From the NCBI GenBank assembly GCA_963555815.3, contig CAUVWX020000002.1, positions 160,001 to 224,000 on the forward strand: a stretch of DNA of 64,000 nt, read 5' to 3'. The translations under genes were made by a program, and so were the position numbers. Shown here piece by piece: positions 1-7,958 of this stretch; the first letter of the stretch is position 1; every line of letters begins with the position of its first letter. Under the pieces are notes generated by a model, which had not been told where the DNA came from, did not search any database, and saw nothing but the letters and a program-made list of their open reading frames with translations. The stretch is from a bacterium (GTDB lineage: Bacteria > UBA8248 > JACPRG01 > G963555815).

Positions 1-366
1 CACCCGGTCGCCGGCCGCATGCCAGGTCACATGAACGTCCTTCTCGCCGAGGCGAAAGTCCCCTACGACAAGCTCAAGGAATTGGATCAGATCAACCCGG
101 GCATGGAGCAGGTGGATATTGCGCTGGTCATCGGGGCCAATGATACCGTGAACCCCGTGGCAAGCACGGATTCCTCAAGCCCCATCTCCGGCATGCCCAT
201 CATCGAGGTAGAGAAGGCCCGCACGGTGATCGTGATCAAGCGCAGCCTGAGCCCGGGTTTTGCCGGGATCCCCAACCCGCTGTTCGCCTCCGACAGGACT
301 CTGATGTACTTCGGAGACGGACAAAAAGCGGTCCTAGATCTCATCAGCGCCCTGAAAGCAGCCTGA
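1..366 (+). CDS. pntB: NAD(P) transhydrogenase beta subunit, C-terminal part (5' end outside window)
   Basis: Frame open from base 1: [44 protein letters not shown] are domain III motifs. Confidence 0.95.
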   Translation, partial: HPVAGRMPGHMNVLLAEAKVPYDKLKELDQINPGMEQVDIALVIGANDTVNPVASTDSSSPISGMPIIEVEKARTVIVIKRSLSPGFAGIPNPLFASDRTLMYFGDGQKAVLDLISALKAA

Positions 367-418
367 TCCACAGCCCCCCAGAAGCGACAGAGACTTCTTC
401 CAGCCAGGAAGGCGCTGG

Positions 419-874
419 TTATCGTTCTCTGATCTGCGGATTTGTCTGAAGGATATTCGGCAAGGTTTCCACAAATGCCTTAATTTCGTCTCGCACCCTG
501 CGGAATGTATTCCTGATTTCCTCTTCACTTCCCCGGGCCTTGGCTGGATCCGGGAAGCCGACGTGCACCACCCGGGTTGGTCTGGGGAAGGCCGGGCAAT
601 GCTCATCGGCGTGACTGCAGACCGTAACCACATAGTCAAATTTGAGGTCGGGCAGATCGTCCACGCGCTTGGACGTTTGACCGGAGATGTCCACCCCCGC
701 CTCCTTCATCACTTCTACGGCGCGGGGGTTCAGCCCGTGGGGCTCGACCCCGGCGGAATAGGGGTCGATGGTGTCTGTGTGGAGGCGTCTGGCCCACCCC
801 TCGGCCATCTGGCTGCGGCAGGAATTTCCGGTGCACAAGAAGAGGATTTTCAGCTTCCCCTCTGAGGGCAACAT
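419..874 (-). CDS. arsC: Arsenate reductase, thioredoxin-dependent (LMW-PTP family)
   Basis: P-loop [13 protein letters not shown], redox pair VTVC-x6-C, FPDP. Confidence 0.9.
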   Translation of the reverse strand: MLPSEGKLKILFLCTGNSCRSQMAEGWARRLHTDTIDPYSAGVEPHGLNPRAVEVMKEAGVDISGQTSKRVDDLPDLKFDYVVTVCSHADEHCPAFPRPTRVVHVGFPDPAKARGSEEEIRNTFRRVRDEIKAFVETLPNILQTNPQIRER

Positions 875-909
875 AGACCTTTAAGCGTTCAATGGAGCCG
901 AGGACAAGC

Positions 910-985
<76 letters not shown>

Positions 986-1010
986 ACCCCTTGTTTTTGA
1001 AGCAGTTACA

Positions 1011-2120
1011 CTACCCAATCTCAGCCGGACTTGCTAGAGTGTCTGTTTTTGTGTCTTCTTGGCTGTCGAGAAGCGCCACTGCCCGAGCCTTGTGTCGGTC
1101 AGTCAGGTGAGAGTACCTCATCACCATCCGCATGGTTTTATGGCCCAGTAACTCCCTGATGGTGTTCAAGTCCACTCCTGCCATTGCCAGGGCTGAGGCA
1201 AACTCATGGCGGGTGTCATGAAAGGTGTAGTCCCGAATACCGGCCCTCCGGACGCCGCTCTCAAAACCCTTCCGGATGCCTCGGATGGCCTCACCGTCGG
1301 GGCGGCAGAAGACATAGCCCCCATCTATACGGTAGGGAATTTCCTCCAGGATAGCACAGGCCGTCCCATTCAAAGGCATCGTCCTCCCCTCGCCGGACTT
1401 GGCTTCTCGCACCCGAAGGAATCTACCCCTGAGATCCACATCGCGCCACTCAAGCATAAAGATTTCACCGCGTCGTAGGCCGGTGTTGCGAGCGAAGTCA
1501 TAGATCCGCCTGATCCGGGGATGAAATTCTGTCTGAAGGCGTTCTCGCTCCTCGTCCTCCAGGATACGGCAACGGGCGTTGTTCTCCTTCAAGAACTTCG
1601 CCTTTACGACAGGGTTGGTAGTGACCTTCCCGTTCTCGATGGCCCGATTGAACATAGTTTTGAGCAGGGCCAACTCCCGGTTCACTGTTGCAGGCTTTCT
1701 CTTGGCCAGCCGGTCCGTCTGATAGCGCTGGACCATCTCGGGGGTGATGGCATCCAGGTACAAGTCCCCTAGGACAGGGAGGAGGGCCTTGAGGCTTGAT
1801 GTGTCCCGGAGGGCCGATCTCTTCCGTGCCGAATAGATCCGTGTGTATTCCTCGGCATACTGTCTGAGAGTGACCCGACGGACGGTCCGCCGGTCCAGGT
1901 GCTTTCCCTCGGCGATCTCGGTCCGTCTCTTGCCCATGACCGTTACGGCCAAGCGTTTGTTGGGGCCGATCCACTCCCGGGTTCTCCTGCCCCCGACGTA
2001 GTAGTCGAGAAAGTAATTACCCCGATTGTCCTGGCGCACACCAGGAGGCAGGTGGAGGGCCTTGCGTCTGGACAGCCCACGTGGCTTCCGAGAGGTCTTG
2101 GGTTCGTTAGGTGCGTTCAT
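1011..2120 (-). CDS. Phage-type tyrosine integrase
   Basis: TGLRRGE (R), AKSG (K), HDTRH, LLGH, RYSH catalytic residues; ATVNRELALLK core-binding motif. Confidence 0.95.
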   Translation of the reverse strand: MNAPNEPKTSRKPRGLSRRKALHLPPGVRQDNRGNYFLDYYVGGRRTREWIGPNKRLAVTVMGKRRTEIAEGKHLDRRTVRRVTLRQYAEEYTRIYSARKRSALRDTSSLKALLPVLGDLYLDAITPEMVQRYQTDRLAKRKPATVNRELALLKTMFNRAIENGKVTTNPVVKAKFLKENNARCRILEDEERERLQTEFHPRIRRIYDFARNTGLRRGEIFMLEWRDVDLRGRFLRVREAKSGEGRTMPLNGTACAILEEIPYRIDGGYVFCRPDGEAIRGIRKGFESGVRRAGIRDYTFHDTRHEFASALAMAGVDLNTIRELLGHKTMRMVMRYSHLTDRHKARAVALLDSQEDTKTDTLASPAEIG

Positions 2121-2347
2121 GGCCTTTTCCCCTGTCTCCTTTGTCGTCTGGCCTTTGCCCCGGCCTCCCTGTCCAAGCCCTGGGCGATGAACCGCCGGGC
2201 CACCACCGAGATGTTAGCCCGCTCCCGCTCGGCGATGGCCTCCAGGAGGCGGTAGTCATCAGCACTGATGCGAAGATGCAAGCCAAGTTCATATCTGGTC
2301 CGGTTTCTCATGTAGAACAAAATAGGACAAAAATCTACTGGATTCAA
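2117..2347 (-). CDS. Ribbon-helix-helix (CopG-like) DNA-binding protein
   Basis: LHLRISADDYRLLEAIAERERANISVVARRFI; stop overlaps the integrase start; true start probably downstream of 2347. Confidence 0.55.
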   Translation of the reverse strand: MNPVDFCPILFYMRNRTRYELGLHLRISADDYRLLEAIAERERANISVVARRFIAQGLDREAGAKARRQRRQGKRP

Positions 2348-2355
2348 GCCTTTTT

Positions 2356-2565
2356 CTACGTTCGCTCCCGAGCAGGAGTCTTTCCTTTCTCAATAACATC
2401 GTCGAGGTCGGCCAGGTCAAACCTCAGGCTTCGGCCCATCTTCACCTTGGGGATGCGACCCATGCTGGCCCACTGGCGGACGGTCCATTCGGCCAGGCAC
2501 AAGTATTCAGCGGCCTCAGCGGCAGTCAGGAGGCGCTTTTTCAGGCTACGGTCGGGGGAGGTCAT
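2356..2565 (-). CDS. Excisionase-like HTH_17 DNA-binding protein
   Basis: LLTAAEAAEYL...TVRQW...GRIPKVKMGRSLRFD. Confidence 0.85.
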   Translation of the reverse strand: MTSPDRSLKKRLLTAAEAAEYLCLAEWTVRQWASMGRIPKVKMGRSLRFDLADLDDVIEKGKTPARERT

Positions 2566-2606
2566 TTTGCTTTTACCTCAGATCCGCCCAATCTGTTCTC
2601 CCCACT

Positions 2607-2731
2607 CCGCATTCCGCAAGTTGACCTGATTTGCGGTTTGAGGAAGTTCTATGCTCGCTCATTTCCTTTTCGCAAACCGCAGCCCCCCTATAGGGGCTGC
2701 GGTACGCGGAAGAGCGGCACCTGTTATGCGG
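2607..2731. other. Putative replication origin of the element
   Basis: Palindrome CCGCAGCCCCCCTATAGGGGCTGCGG (2677-2702) flanked by short CCGCA/TGCGG iterons, directly after the helicase gene. Confidence 0.55.
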
Positions 2732-3857
2732 ATGGCCCATTATCGGCTGGCCCCTCCTCTACCCAATACACCCGTGAAATTCTCGGCCCATCTGCCTTGA
2801 CCAGTCCTTCGCCCTTAGCCTTTTTCATGGCCTCTTGCGCCGTCCTCTCCCTCCACCCAAGGCGAGCCTCAAGGGCTTGAAAGATAGGTTTCCATCCCTG
2901 CACCTTCCCGTCATCCGTTAGTTGCTGAAGCTCAACCACTGTGTCCCTCACTGCCTTGGCGCGCCATTCGTCCTTCCCCGGGCCTATGAGCCCTTGCACC
3001 CGATGCCATCCTGCTTCTTGTGGGAAGAGGAGCTCCAGATTCGGGGGAAGCTGCCTATAACGGGCCTTGGTGAAGTAGGCATTGACGAGCACGCCCTCCG
3101 CGTCCCCCTGTTTCCGCTCAAGGGTCAGGCGGGCGTCGCACCAGTCAAGGGGCCTAACACTTCCCCTGAACCTGTGCTCAGTGCTGCGGTCCTGCGACTT
3201 GTTCCAGTTATGGCTCAGGATGAGACCGCCACCCAGCTTGCGGTAGAGGTGGCGTAGCCCCGTGAGGATGGGCTCCCAGTCCTGCTCGGAGTTAATGTCT
3301 CCTGACATCATCTCCCTTACCGGGTCTAGGATGAGCACGTCGGCACCAAAATCCTCCGAAACCTGCCCCAGTCTCTCTAGACCTTCCACTCGGTCCAGCT
3401 TGAGTCCATCGGCCATGATGAGGCCGAAGCGTCCCATAGCGTCACGGAGCGGCGCGCCGGGGCCTTCAAGCAACATCTCTAGCCGCTGTTTGTAGAGCCC
3501 CTTGTGTCCCTCACCTGCGATGTAAAGAACACGCCGAGGGCCACCTGTGGGGAGCTCAAGAAAGTCCCGCCCAGCCGCCAGGCTCAGTGCTAGCTCTAAG
3601 AGGAGCCAAGTCTTTGTGGCCCCGTAGGATCCGTCGATGCTAAGGGCGGTCTTCCGGAGGAAGAATCCATCGCCCCAGAGGCGTTCAGGGAGGGAAATTT
3701 TTGTCGCTAGAAGCTCTTCTCCTGTAATGACTGTCAAGCTCCCGGATTCACTGGACGTAGGGTCATGCGAGGCTGGAGAGCTCGTCACCTTATACTGGGC
3801 AGTGTGGATAGCCATGAGGGCCTCGGGTCCCTGAACGGGTGTACATGTCATTGACAT
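2724..3857 (-). CDS. AAA_25 / RepA-like helicase ATPase
   Basis: Walker A-like GSYGATKT, VLYIAGE, Walker B VLILDP, LSHNWNK and RGS motifs, C-terminal winged-helix-like segment. Confidence 0.8.
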   Translation of the reverse strand: MSMTCTPVQGPEALMAIHTAQYKVTSSPASHDPTSSESGSLTVITGEELLATKISLPERLWGDGFFLRKTALSIDGSYGATKTWLLLELALSLAAGRDFLELPTGGPRRVLYIAGEGHKGLYKQRLEMLLEGPGAPLRDAMGRFGLIMADGLKLDRVEGLERLGQVSEDFGADVLILDPVREMMSGDINSEQDWEPILTGLRHLYRKLGGGLILSHNWNKSQDRSTEHRFRGSVRPLDWCDARLTLERKQGDAEGVLVNAYFTKARYRQLPPNLELLFPQEAGWHRVQGLIGPGKDEWRAKAVRDTVVELQQLTDDGKVQGWKPIFQALEARLGWRERTAQEAMKKAKGEGLVKADGPRISRVYWVEEGPADNGPSA

Positions 3858-4047
3858 TTACCAGCCCTCCCGATGACGTGAGGACAGGTGCCAGAACATT
3901 GGTGGTGGAGATTCAGGGTCTCACGATTATTGTTACGAGAGATTGTGTGTGGTATTTTCTCTGACACAGGTTCGCCTCCTTTAGCGAGTTGGTGGCCTGG
4001 GCGCCCCCGTACCGGCGTTCGCGCGCCGGATCAATGCGGGGGCGCTA

Positions 4048-4842
4048 TTAATTTAACGGGCCGACGTTTTCCAAAACTTTGCTAAATGGTCGATTTCCCG
4101 GCGATCCCTCGGGTTGCTTAACCTCTTCCAGCTTATTGAGCCATATGTCTGCGAGTTCCCCTAGCCGGTCCAAGTGGTAATGTGCTTTAGATGAATCTCC
4201 TTTTTCAATGCCCTTGCGGGCCTCCTCGAGGTGCCAAGTGTTCAAACCCTCTGCACACCACATCAGCTGCCAAAATTCCTCCTCATTGTAATCCGTGTGT
4301 CTGATCATGTCGGAGACCAAACGAAAGAGACATCTCTCTAACTTTTCAAAGTATTCATCTCCTTCGTTTTCCTCTCTGCTCTGGAGTTCCTGGTACATTT
4401 GGTAGAGACCGTACGCTTGGTAGAGAATTGATAACCTGGCATCAAAGCTATAGTTCAAGTACTCCTCCCAAGCACTTGCTGCTTTAACGGAATCTAATTT
4501 AAGCAGCTCTTCGATGTAAAAATGGGCAAGACTTCCCAATTCTCGTGCCTGCGCTCCCTTAAATCGGTCTTCTGTCCTCCAAACCCGAATTTGATTGTCG
4601 GATACATCTACGAGCTTTGCGAGGTGTTCGAGTGTCCATTGAAGTCCACCTCCATGAAAGACTTGGAGACACGCAGCAGCATGCTTGTGAAAAGGAAACG
4701 GGCGTGGCTGGCTTCTTGGAATTCCCTTTCGAGGTCGTTCTTCGTATGACTCAAGTCTGTCGACTATCCATCTCTTTGCAAGGGGCGAAGACCGTAAAGC
4801 CCTTTTGACTTCTGAAAGAATGTGCCTTTTACTAGCGTCCAC
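4048..4842 (-). CDS. Hypothetical protein with HTH-like motif
   Basis: 264-aa ORF; WTLEHLAKLVDVSDNQIRVW resembles an HTH. Confidence 0.55.
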   Translation of the reverse strand: MDASKRHILSEVKRALRSSPLAKRWIVDRLESYEERPRKGIPRSQPRPFPFHKHAAACLQVFHGGGLQWTLEHLAKLVDVSDNQIRVWRTEDRFKGAQARELGSLAHFYIEELLKLDSVKAASAWEEYLNYSFDARLSILYQAYGLYQMYQELQSREENEGDEYFEKLERCLFRLVSDMIRHTDYNEEEFWQLMWCAEGLNTWHLEEARKGIEKGDSSKAHYHLDRLGELADIWLNKLEEVKQPEGSPGNRPFSKVLENVGPLN

Positions 4843-5805
4843 AATAATGTCTCCTCTTCAATCATTATTTTAATATATATGGCCCTGCTTCGGAATTTGG
4901 CAAGCCCTTTTTGCATGATTTTTTTGCGCGTCAAGGAGAGGTGCCACCAGTCTGAAATCTGCAACCTTGGAGGCGAGGGGGAGCTCTAAGCAGAGAGCTG
5001 CGAATCTTCGCACCCAAGCATATTTCAATGGGTGAAAATTGAAAGGAACGTTCCTAGCGATAAATGAGATTGGAAAAAAGGATGCATGGGGAGGAATTCA
5101 AAGACCCCCCTCCCTGAACGTGACCTTCACGCTGGAGTGCCGGGAAGGAATGTGGTCCCTCCAGCCTCGCCAAAGGACAGCTGCCGCACCTCCCCGGCAG
5201 CGTCCCGGGCGGGACATTCAGGCTAAAACAACTGAAGGGCTTTTAGGGGCGGCTCTAGGTATCCCTGGAGAGGCTAGAATATAAACTCTTAAGTAGATTA
5301 TATAATTGCTTAAAGACCCTATGAAACCTGGATGGGTCTTAGGGGAATGCTACAATGATCTCAGATGATATAAAAAGTCAAGTGAGTGGAAACTGTGGAC
5401 CCTTCTGGCATCTGGCGCCAACTTGGGCCTCGTCAGCGAAGCCCCTGGCCCTCCAGCACCCCTTCATGGTGAGGCCCTGGTCCTCCAGTTCCTCACGGAC
5501 TTCGCTCACATGCGGGACGAGGAAATGATGACCCAAGCGCAGGCGTGCAAGGAGGTCGGGAAGCACTACAACGACCTCACAGGGGGCCACCTCTTTCAGC
5601 CAGAAGGCGCTGGACACCATCCGGACGTTTCACATCGCTATCGAGCGTATCCCAGCGGGATGCGGGCAGATGCTCTGCGCCCTGGATTTCTACCTCGAAT
5701 CCCCCAAGGAGGTGGCCATCATCGGGCCAAAAGAATCCCCCGAGACGCTGACAATTTTTAAGGGCCATCCACTAGGCAGTAAACCCAGCCAGAGGACGGT
5801 ACCGC

Positions 5806-6213
5806 ATGGGATGGTATGAAGCCCTCAAGGACGCTCACGCCGTTGCAGACCGGCTCAAAAATGCTGAGTTGAAGCAGAGGTTGGCCGATCTTCAGGTGGA
5901 ATGTGCAAAGCTCGCCGAAGAGAACGCGAGGCTGCGTCAAGAGCTAATCGCTTTACGTCAGCGTGTGCGAACCCGCGAGGAAATGCAGTATCAGCACGAC
6001 GTGTATTGGCGACATTCCGGCGGCAAGCGTGAAGGCCCCTTCTGCCCAAAGTGTTTTGATGGAAAAGAAAAGGCGGCCCGAATGAGTGACCGCCCAGATG
6101 ACACCTATTGGCGATGTCCCGTCTGCGAATATCTTATCTATAAGTTGGGCCAAGATTTTCGGGGGGGGTCGGCTGGTGACGCCGAGACCGAATTTGACCC
6201 GTTTTCAGGCTGA
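5806..6213 (+). CDS. Coiled-coil plus Zn-ribbon hypothetical protein (cassette 1)
   Basis: Heptad N-terminus, CPKC and CPVC, followed by attC. Confidence 0.75.
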   Translation: MGWYEALKDAHAVADRLKNAELKQRLADLQVECAKLAEENARLRQELIALRQRVRTREEMQYQHDVYWRHSGGKREGPFCPKCFDGKEKAARMSDRPDDTYWRCPVCEYLIYKLGQDFRGGSAGDAETEFDPFSG

Positions 6214-6224
6214 ACACTCACGGT

Positions 6225-6282
6225 GCCTAACACCCGGCTTCAGCGGACGCGCTTCGCGTGCGGCTGTGCCGAAACGTTAGAA
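6225..6282 (+). other. Integron attC site 1
   Basis: GCCTAAC...CAGCGGACGCGCTTCGCGTGCGGCTG...GTTAGAA; RYYYAAC/GTTRRR ends with an internal imperfect palindrome. Confidence 0.8.
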
Positions 6283-6378
6283 TGTTGGACGGTTCGGCGA
6301 TCCAGGAGAATTTGGCCGAATCCTGGTCCTTAATCTGGCAGTCCAATATATATTGGGCGGGGGTAAAAGGAACAAAAT

Positions 6379-6885
6379 ATGGCGACAACGGTTTCCGTTG
6401 AAGGTCCCCTTAAGGTTCCCTGCTATCAAGGAAGGGTGGGACGTACAATTACTGATAAAAACATCAGGGATTTCTGGCGGAAGCATGCGGCCCTTTCGAA
6501 AGGGCGGGGTTGCTACGTGTTCGGCATAAGGACAGGCGGGGGGCTAACGCCAGGCTACGTCGGCAAGGCAACGAAGTTGTTCAAACAGGAGACGTTCGCC
6601 CATCACAAAATCACTCGCTACCAGCGATTTTTGGTCGATTATCAAAAGGGTACGCCAGTGATATTTTTCATCACCGCAGCGAAGAAAAAGGGTGCACCAA
6701 ATTCAGCTCACATTAGCCAGCTTGAAACATTTCTTATTCATGTGGCTCTTGCTTTAAATCCTGAATTACTCAACATCAAGGGAACTAAGGTAGAGCAATG
6801 GGCAATCGTTGGTGTTCTACGGAGCAAGGGGAAGCCATCAAAAAGTGCGCAGCAGTTCAAGAAACTAATGAAGATTGGAGCGTAA
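6379..6885 (+). CDS. GIY-YIG-like nuclease (cassette 2)
   Basis: GCYVF...YVGKA motif, later LE and LLN residues typical of GIY-YIG. Confidence 0.65.
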   Translation: MATTVSVEGPLKVPCYQGRVGRTITDKNIRDFWRKHAALSKGRGCYVFGIRTGGGLTPGYVGKATKLFKQETFAHHKITRYQRFLVDYQKGTPVIFFITAAKKKGAPNSAHISQLETFLIHVALALNPELLNIKGTKVEQWAIVGVLRSKGKPSKSAQQFKKLMKIGA

Positions 6886-6895
6886 TCTCTCCGCC

Positions 6896-6955
6896 GTCTA
6901 ACACGCTGGCTGAGGGGACCGGCATCGGTGGCTGCTCAGCGCTACGGTGTTAGGC
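6896..6955 (+). other. Integron attC site 2
   Basis: GTCTAAC...GCTGAG...CTCAGC...GTTAGGC, 60 bp. Confidence 0.8.
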
Positions 6956-6971
6956 CGATGGGATACTGCGC

Positions 6972-7721
6972 ATGTTTCCGGAACTTGCCCTAAAGCTGGC
7001 ACCTATTCTCGATGCCTATTTCCCCCCGGAGGACGTACGGGAGTTGGCGGCCCTTTTCGACATCAACCTTACTTCGACTGTGGACCACCAACCACGAATG
7101 TTGTCGGTCGCACGAGAGCTCACGGAGACGCTCGAGCAGGGGAACACCCGCCGGCTCCTCGACAGCCTACTTGACCTAGCGGAAAGTAGAAACAACGAGA
7201 GCGTAGCCCATACTACGTTTGAACGGCAAACCTTCCATCAGGAAATGAGCGGCGTGGTTCGGGAGGCTAAGGAGCTCCTAGAAACCTCGGTAGCGCCCCC
7301 CGAAATCGCCGTGGCGGCCGGAAGCGTCTTCTCGGCCAAGTCTAGGGTCCGCGAGATTCTCGAGACGGCAACAGACAGCATATTCGTTGTAGATCCTTAC
7401 GTGGGGCTTGGAACGCTGGACTGTCTAAGGAATCTTACAGTTCCGATCCGCCTGCTTACGGGCACCCAGCCGAGCTCCATCGAGACGGATTTTGATCGGG
7501 CGGTCCAATCCTTTTGCGCGGAAGGGCACACGCTGCAAGTAAGGCAGGTGGGGCAACTCCACGACCGTCACCTAGTTTTCAACGATCGCTGTTGGCTCGT
7601 TGGCGGATCATTGAAGGACGCCGGGAAGAAGCCCTTCAACTGCATCGAGATCACCGACGAGAAAGTTCTTGTAGTCACCGACTTGGAAGCCAAGTGGCAG
7701 GGCGGAACTCCGTTCCCCTAA
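6972..7721 (+). CDS. Protein with helical N-terminal domain and C-terminal PLD-like domain (cassette 3)
   Basis: IFVVDPY...LHDRHLVFNDRCWLVGGSLKDAGKK is an HDR-type PLD-like signature. Confidence 0.7.
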   Translation: MFPELALKLAPILDAYFPPEDVRELAALFDINLTSTVDHQPRMLSVARELTETLEQGNTRRLLDSLLDLAESRNNESVAHTTFERQTFHQEMSGVVREAKELLETSVAPPEIAVAAGSVFSAKSRVREILETATDSIFVVDPYVGLGTLDCLRNLTVPIRLLTGTQPSSIETDFDRAVQSFCAEGHTLQVRQVGQLHDRHLVFNDRCWLVGGSLKDAGKKPFNCIEITDEKVLVVTDLEAKWQGGTPFP

Positions 7722-7744
7722 TTCTTTTCCGGCGGTGTGCGACG

Positions 7745-7770
7745 GTCTAACCAAGCGACTGCGCTACGCT
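7745..7770 (+). other. Truncated attC site 3 (left half only)
   Basis: CGGTCTAACCAAGCGACTGCG pairs, with one mismatch, to GTTAGGCCG upstream of the cassette; no GTTRRRY right end. Confidence 0.55.
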
Positions 7771-7794
7771 CCAGACCTAAATGAGCCATCCAGT

Positions 7795-7916
7795 GGTCCT
7801 GAGAAATTTTGGGTTCAGGGTTTGTTGTGGTTGGGACTCCGCCTCATCCGGGGGGTGTGGTGGGGGCCTCCCCCCCTCTCGGGGAATGGGGCTTTTCGGC
7901 GACGGCAGCCCACCTT
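7795..7916. repeat. G/C-tract dispersed repeat, copy A
   Basis: GGTCCTGAGAAATTTTGGGT...GGGACTCCGCCTCATCC...GGGGGCCTCCCCCCC...CCCACCTT; aligns with copies at 14350 and 23426. Confidence 0.8.
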
Positions 7917-7958
7917 GGCTGACCTGGTCTCGACGCTAAGGAGAAAGAAATGGAAGGT

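Noticed and set aside
1011..2120. Integrase as the IntI for the attC array
   Set aside because: Phage-type architecture, no obvious IntI-specific insertion, adjacent to a tRNA and 3.7 kb from the cassettes.
4935..4952. Sigma-54 promoter-like TGGCAC on the minus strand
   Set aside because: Lacks the GC at the -12 position.
5423..5761. 112-aa ORF before cassette 1
   Set aside because: No convincing start or motif; may be a remnant.
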